DNA of 64,000 nucleotides from an uncultured delta proteobacterium (GTDB lineage Bacteria; Desulfobacterota; Binatia; UBA9968): NCBI GenBank assembly GCA_963755715.1, contig CAVWLW010000041.1, positions 41,044 to 105,043 of the forward strand, read 5' to 3'. Shown piece by piece: positions 60,840 to 64,000 of this stretch (position 1 is its first letter; each line of letters starts with the position of its first letter). The notes under the pieces were generated by a model. It saw only the letters and a program-made list of their open reading frames with translations, ran no database searches and was not told where the DNA came from. The position numbers and the translations under genes were made by a program.

Positions 60840-63632
60840 TTAGATCCTTGACAGCACAAGCGCGGCGGTTTCCTTGAGCACAGGATTCTTGGAATTGAGA
60901 TACTGCTGGATCTCCCCCCGGAAATCTCGAAGTCCTCTCAAGCCGATCTCCCAGAGAGTCGCCGCTTTCAGCCAGACGTCATCCTGCTTCAATAGATCCT
61001 GGAAGGCCGTCTCTCTATCAAAACTCCTTAGTCCCAATAGCGCAAGAAATTTTTGAAACAGCTCGGCGTCGGGAGCATCGTCAAACAGAGGAAAGACGTA
61101 ACGCTTTACATCTCCTGTAAGCAGGTTGTCGAGAAACTCGATCGCTTGGGCTTGCTTTGCCCGGCTGCCGCTGTGCAGTGCAGCGGTGGCGCTGCCAATG
61201 TCCTCGGGAGGATAGATCAGGGAAAGCAGTCGCAGTACCCTTTCCTTTTCCCTCTCCATATTTTCAAGCAACGCTTGATGGAGCAGCCAACCGTTGTTCA
61301 TTGAATGATTATTGCCATCTCCAAAAAGCACAAAAAAAGTCAAGAACCGATGGTAATAGCGGCTAGCTTCCGCGACAATAGCCATCTCTATGACAGGTCG
61401 ATCTATGCGCAAATTCGGCAAGCGTCGCGCCATCTCTTCGAGGCCGAGGATTATTCTGTAACGGAGAGAACCGTCCTCCTGGTTGAGTCCGCTGAGAAGC
61501 GCGTCCAGCGCGGCAGGAGACGCGATTTTGCTCAACGTCCGGGGAATACCGAGTCGAATATCACGCGAGACGTTGGAATCCAGGAGCGCCTCCCTCAAAG
61601 TTTCGACCGCAGCCGCACCATATTCGATCAAGGCCTGGCGCGCCCAACCCTTTGTCTTCGGACAACCGAGTCGCATGATAACGTCTCTCAGAAGGGTCGG
61701 ATCTTTTCTCTTGCCGGCAGCAGCTAACGCCTCCTGGATCACTGGGATGGAGGAGTCTTCCCGGATCAATTTGCTCAGGTAACCAGGAAATTCAGGATCG
61801 TTAACCTCGCCCATGAGGCGAGCAGCTTCCATCCGACCGGCGGTTCCATCGGTTCCTGGGTTTGCGATCAGTTTGCGGAAGGTAGCCATGGCGACTTCAC
61901 GGATTTCCGCGTCTCCATGGTGCAGCAGACACTCGATCGCCGATCTCTGGACTCGTGGATCAGGGCTTTCCAGGTAAGGTCGCATAACGGGAATCGCATC
62001 TTCCTTGCGGATGGCGCAGACCACGTTGATCGCTTCCGCCTGGACTTCGCCATTTTCGTCCTCGAGCAATCGCACTATTTCCTTCAATTTTTCGGGATCC
62101 GTGCTCGCGGCAAAAAGTTTCAACGACCGACTTCGGACTAGAGGTGAAGGATGCTGTAGGAGTTTGAGGGGAAGACGCGGAGCGATGACTGCGGCATCCA
62201 AGTTTTCTGCCAGGTCAAGCGCGAATAACACAGCCCGCTCGTCCTCTAGCTGCAAGTTTTGCAGCACTGCTTCGATGGTTTTCTTGTCGGCATAGTTAAT
62301 ATCTCCTCCCTCCCACGTAATGGTCTGTGCTTCCAGTCCGGTCCGCAGTGCCTCGACGTAACCGCTGCGCAGAGCAAAAATGAACATGGCCCAGAGGAGG
62401 ATGAGCCCGAGGGAAAAATAGGCGAGGCTAGCTGGGTTTGACTGCATGATAAACAGAGCATAAAAGAGCGCGATCAGCCCCGCAGCGCTGTCTCCCAACC
62501 GTTGCAACACAACATCAAGGAAAGTCTTGACCCGTCTTTTTACGGCCGCAGAGAGAGGAAGGTAGAGTATCTCCATGCCGCTCTGGTTCACACTTGTCCG
62601 CAAAACCGCATCTGTCAGTCGCGTCGCTGTCGTGGAGAAAAGTCCCGGCCAGACCAAGATACCGAGAGATCCTGCGAACAGACCCACTGGGAGGAGCAAG
62701 AGACTCGGGATTAAGCCGAAGAGAGTTAGAAGCCTTCTAGTTAGCACAGCCTGGCTAAAGAAAGTAATAATGGCAACCCAGGCATAATAGGAACCGAAGA
62801 AGGCAGTCAGGCCATCTTTAGAGGGATAGGCCATCTTTGCCGCAGCCTTGAACTGGAAGTCGATTAGCGTTGAGACTATAACCGAGACAAAGATAGCGCC
62901 GGCAATCAGCTGAAGATATCGGGAGGCTAGGATCGGACCAAGCGCACTAGCTTGTTGGGTAGCCTTCGCTTCGCTTGACGTTGGGATTTCCTTCAACCCC
63001 GGGGTTTGGATCTCACTTAGTTCCTTGCCTGCCAACCAAACCACTCCAAAAGCACCGGCAAACAGCGCGCCGATCAGCCAAAAGAGTGCGTCGGTTCCCG
63101 TAAACAGGTTAACCGCCCAACCACTCCCAAAGCCACCCAGGATAGCTCCGAGTGAGCCGCCGGCGCTGAAAACTCCGAACAGACGTTTCGCCTCGCGCGA
63201 CGTAAAGATCAAGCCGGCAAAGGTCCAAAATTGGGCTACGGCAAGAACACTGACAATTGCGGACCAGATGTAAAACGCGTAAATGCTCCAGGCAAAATTA
63301 AAATCCACTATAAGAAACCTGAACAGGATCACATTGGAGATGATGAAAGCATTCGAGCCTAGAATGAGCCGGTAGAGGGGAAACCTTGCCGTATAACGCG
63401 TGTAAACCGTGATGATGACGCCTGCAAGAAGCGCGGCTAAAAGGTAAACGTAGGCCAGATCGCTGATGGGAAAGCGGCTGAGAAAGAGAGCGTCTCTTAC
63501 AACTTTGATGACATTATTGGCGGCGAGCAGAAAAAACAGCAGGGAGACCATTATGCCGACACGCCGGGCCTCGCCGGGTCGGATATCAAAAAAGCGCGAC
63601 AAAGTGTTTGTCAGAAAAAGGTTATTCATCAA
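60840..63632 (-). CDS. Npt/TLC (ATP/ADP translocase-like) MFS domain fused to HEAT repeats
   Basis: KVVRDALFL, QFW...REAKRLFG...GGSLGAILG, TLIDFQFK and LYLPL...KTFLD...RLGD, followed by HEAT repeats (HPSPLVR, DENGEVQAEA, SPDPRVQ). Confidence 0.88.
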   Translation of the reverse strand: MMNNLFLTNTLSRFFDIRPGEARRVGIMVSLLFFLLAANNVIKVVRDALFLSRFPISDLAYVYLLAALLAGVIITVYTRYTARFPLYRLILGSNAFIISNVILFRFLIVDFNFAWSIYAFYIWSAIVSVLAVAQFWTFAGLIFTSREAKRLFGVFSAGGSLGAILGGFGSGWAVNLFTGTDALFWLIGALFAGAFGVVWLAGKELSEIQTPGLKEIPTSSEAKATQQASALGPILASRYLQLIAGAIFVSVIVSTLIDFQFKAAAKMAYPSKDGLTAFFGSYYAWVAIITFFSQAVLTRRLLTLFGLIPSLLLLPVGLFAGSLGILVWPGLFSTTATRLTDAVLRTSVNQSGMEILYLPLSAAVKRRVKTFLDVVLQRLGDSAAGLIALFYALFIMQSNPASLAYFSLGLILLWAMFIFALRSGYVEALRTGLEAQTITWEGGDINYADKKTIEAVLQNLQLEDERAVLFALDLAENLDAAVIAPRLPLKLLQHPSPLVRSRSLKLFAASTDPEKLKEIVRLLEDENGEVQAEAINVVCAIRKEDAIPVMRPYLESPDPRVQRSAIECLLHHGDAEIREVAMATFRKLIANPGTDGTAGRMEAARLMGEVNDPEFPGYLSKLIREDSSIPVIQEALAAAGKRKDPTLLRDVIMRLGCPKTKGWARQALIEYGAAAVETLREALLDSNVSRDIRLGIPRTLSKIASPAALDALLSGLNQEDGSLRYRIILGLEEMARRLPNLRIDRPVIEMAIVAEASRYYHRFLTFFVLFGDGNNHSMNNGWLLHQALLENMEREKERVLRLLSLIYPPEDIGSATAALHSGSRAKQAQAIEFLDNLLTGDVKRYVFPLFDDAPDAELFQKFLALLGLRSFDRETAFQDLLKQDDVWLKAATLWEIGLRGLRDFRGEIQQYLNSKNPVLKETAALVLSRI

Positions 63633-63849
63633 AATTAATTATATTGCTATTTTGTAGAGACGTTAATGCCACACGGCTTCCTCGCAGCACCGCAGCCGGG
63701 TCAGACAGCACCATCACTACGATCTTTCCGGAACGCTTTTCGGATCATCAGAAACGTTGCTGTCTCGTCGCGTCTTGAGGGAGGCGTGAGGTCGGATCTT
63801 GCAAAGAAACACAGCTACAGTCCAAGAGTTCTGACGGAGCCGCACGCTA

Positions 63850-63999
63850 TCATTTACCGCTCTCGGCAAGCGCTGCTGAAGCATCGCTGCTCCGTTGCCA
63901 GGTTTCCGGCCAGTCGTGAAAATCGCCGGCGGTTTCGCTGCCGATTATCAGGCTGTACATAAGCTCGTCGGGAAAATCATTGATTCGAACCCGCCAAGA
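63850..63999 (-). CDS. Hypothetical protein, 3' end only (runs off the window)
   Basis: Reads SWRVRINDFPDELMYSLIIGSETAGDFHDWPETWQRSSDASAALAESGK*. Two partial copies occur elsewhere in the window. Confidence 0.6.
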   Translation of the reverse strand, partial: SWRVRINDFPDELMYSLIIGSETAGDFHDWPETWQRSSDASAALAESGK

Positions 64000-64000
64000 G

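Overview
This is a GC-rich bacterial window with no rRNA, tRNA, CRISPR array, integrase or transposase that I could recognise. It holds eight substrate-binding proteins with no permease or ATPase partner, four amidohydrolase_2 genes, a hydantoinase/oxoprolinase A + B + B cluster, polysaccharide-deacetylase and VOC pairs, three toxin-antitoxin pairs and two sigma-54 promoters. This gene content resembles Candidatus Binatia-type genomes (inference only). About eight otherwise intact genes carry single-base frameshifts, most likely long-read errors. Two things stand out. (1) A 770-aa protein without a signal peptide (53331-55643) fuses a trypsin-like serine protease to an S1/P1-nuclease / Zn-phospholipase-C domain whose normally N-terminal Zn-binding Trp is internal, suggesting a self-activating zymogen or defence toxin. 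(2) Cargo blocks of 2-7 kb are repeatedly bracketed by direct repeats that are duplicated pieces of neighbouring protein-coding genes. Five different donor genes are involved, the blocks are partly nested, and no recombinase gene is present.
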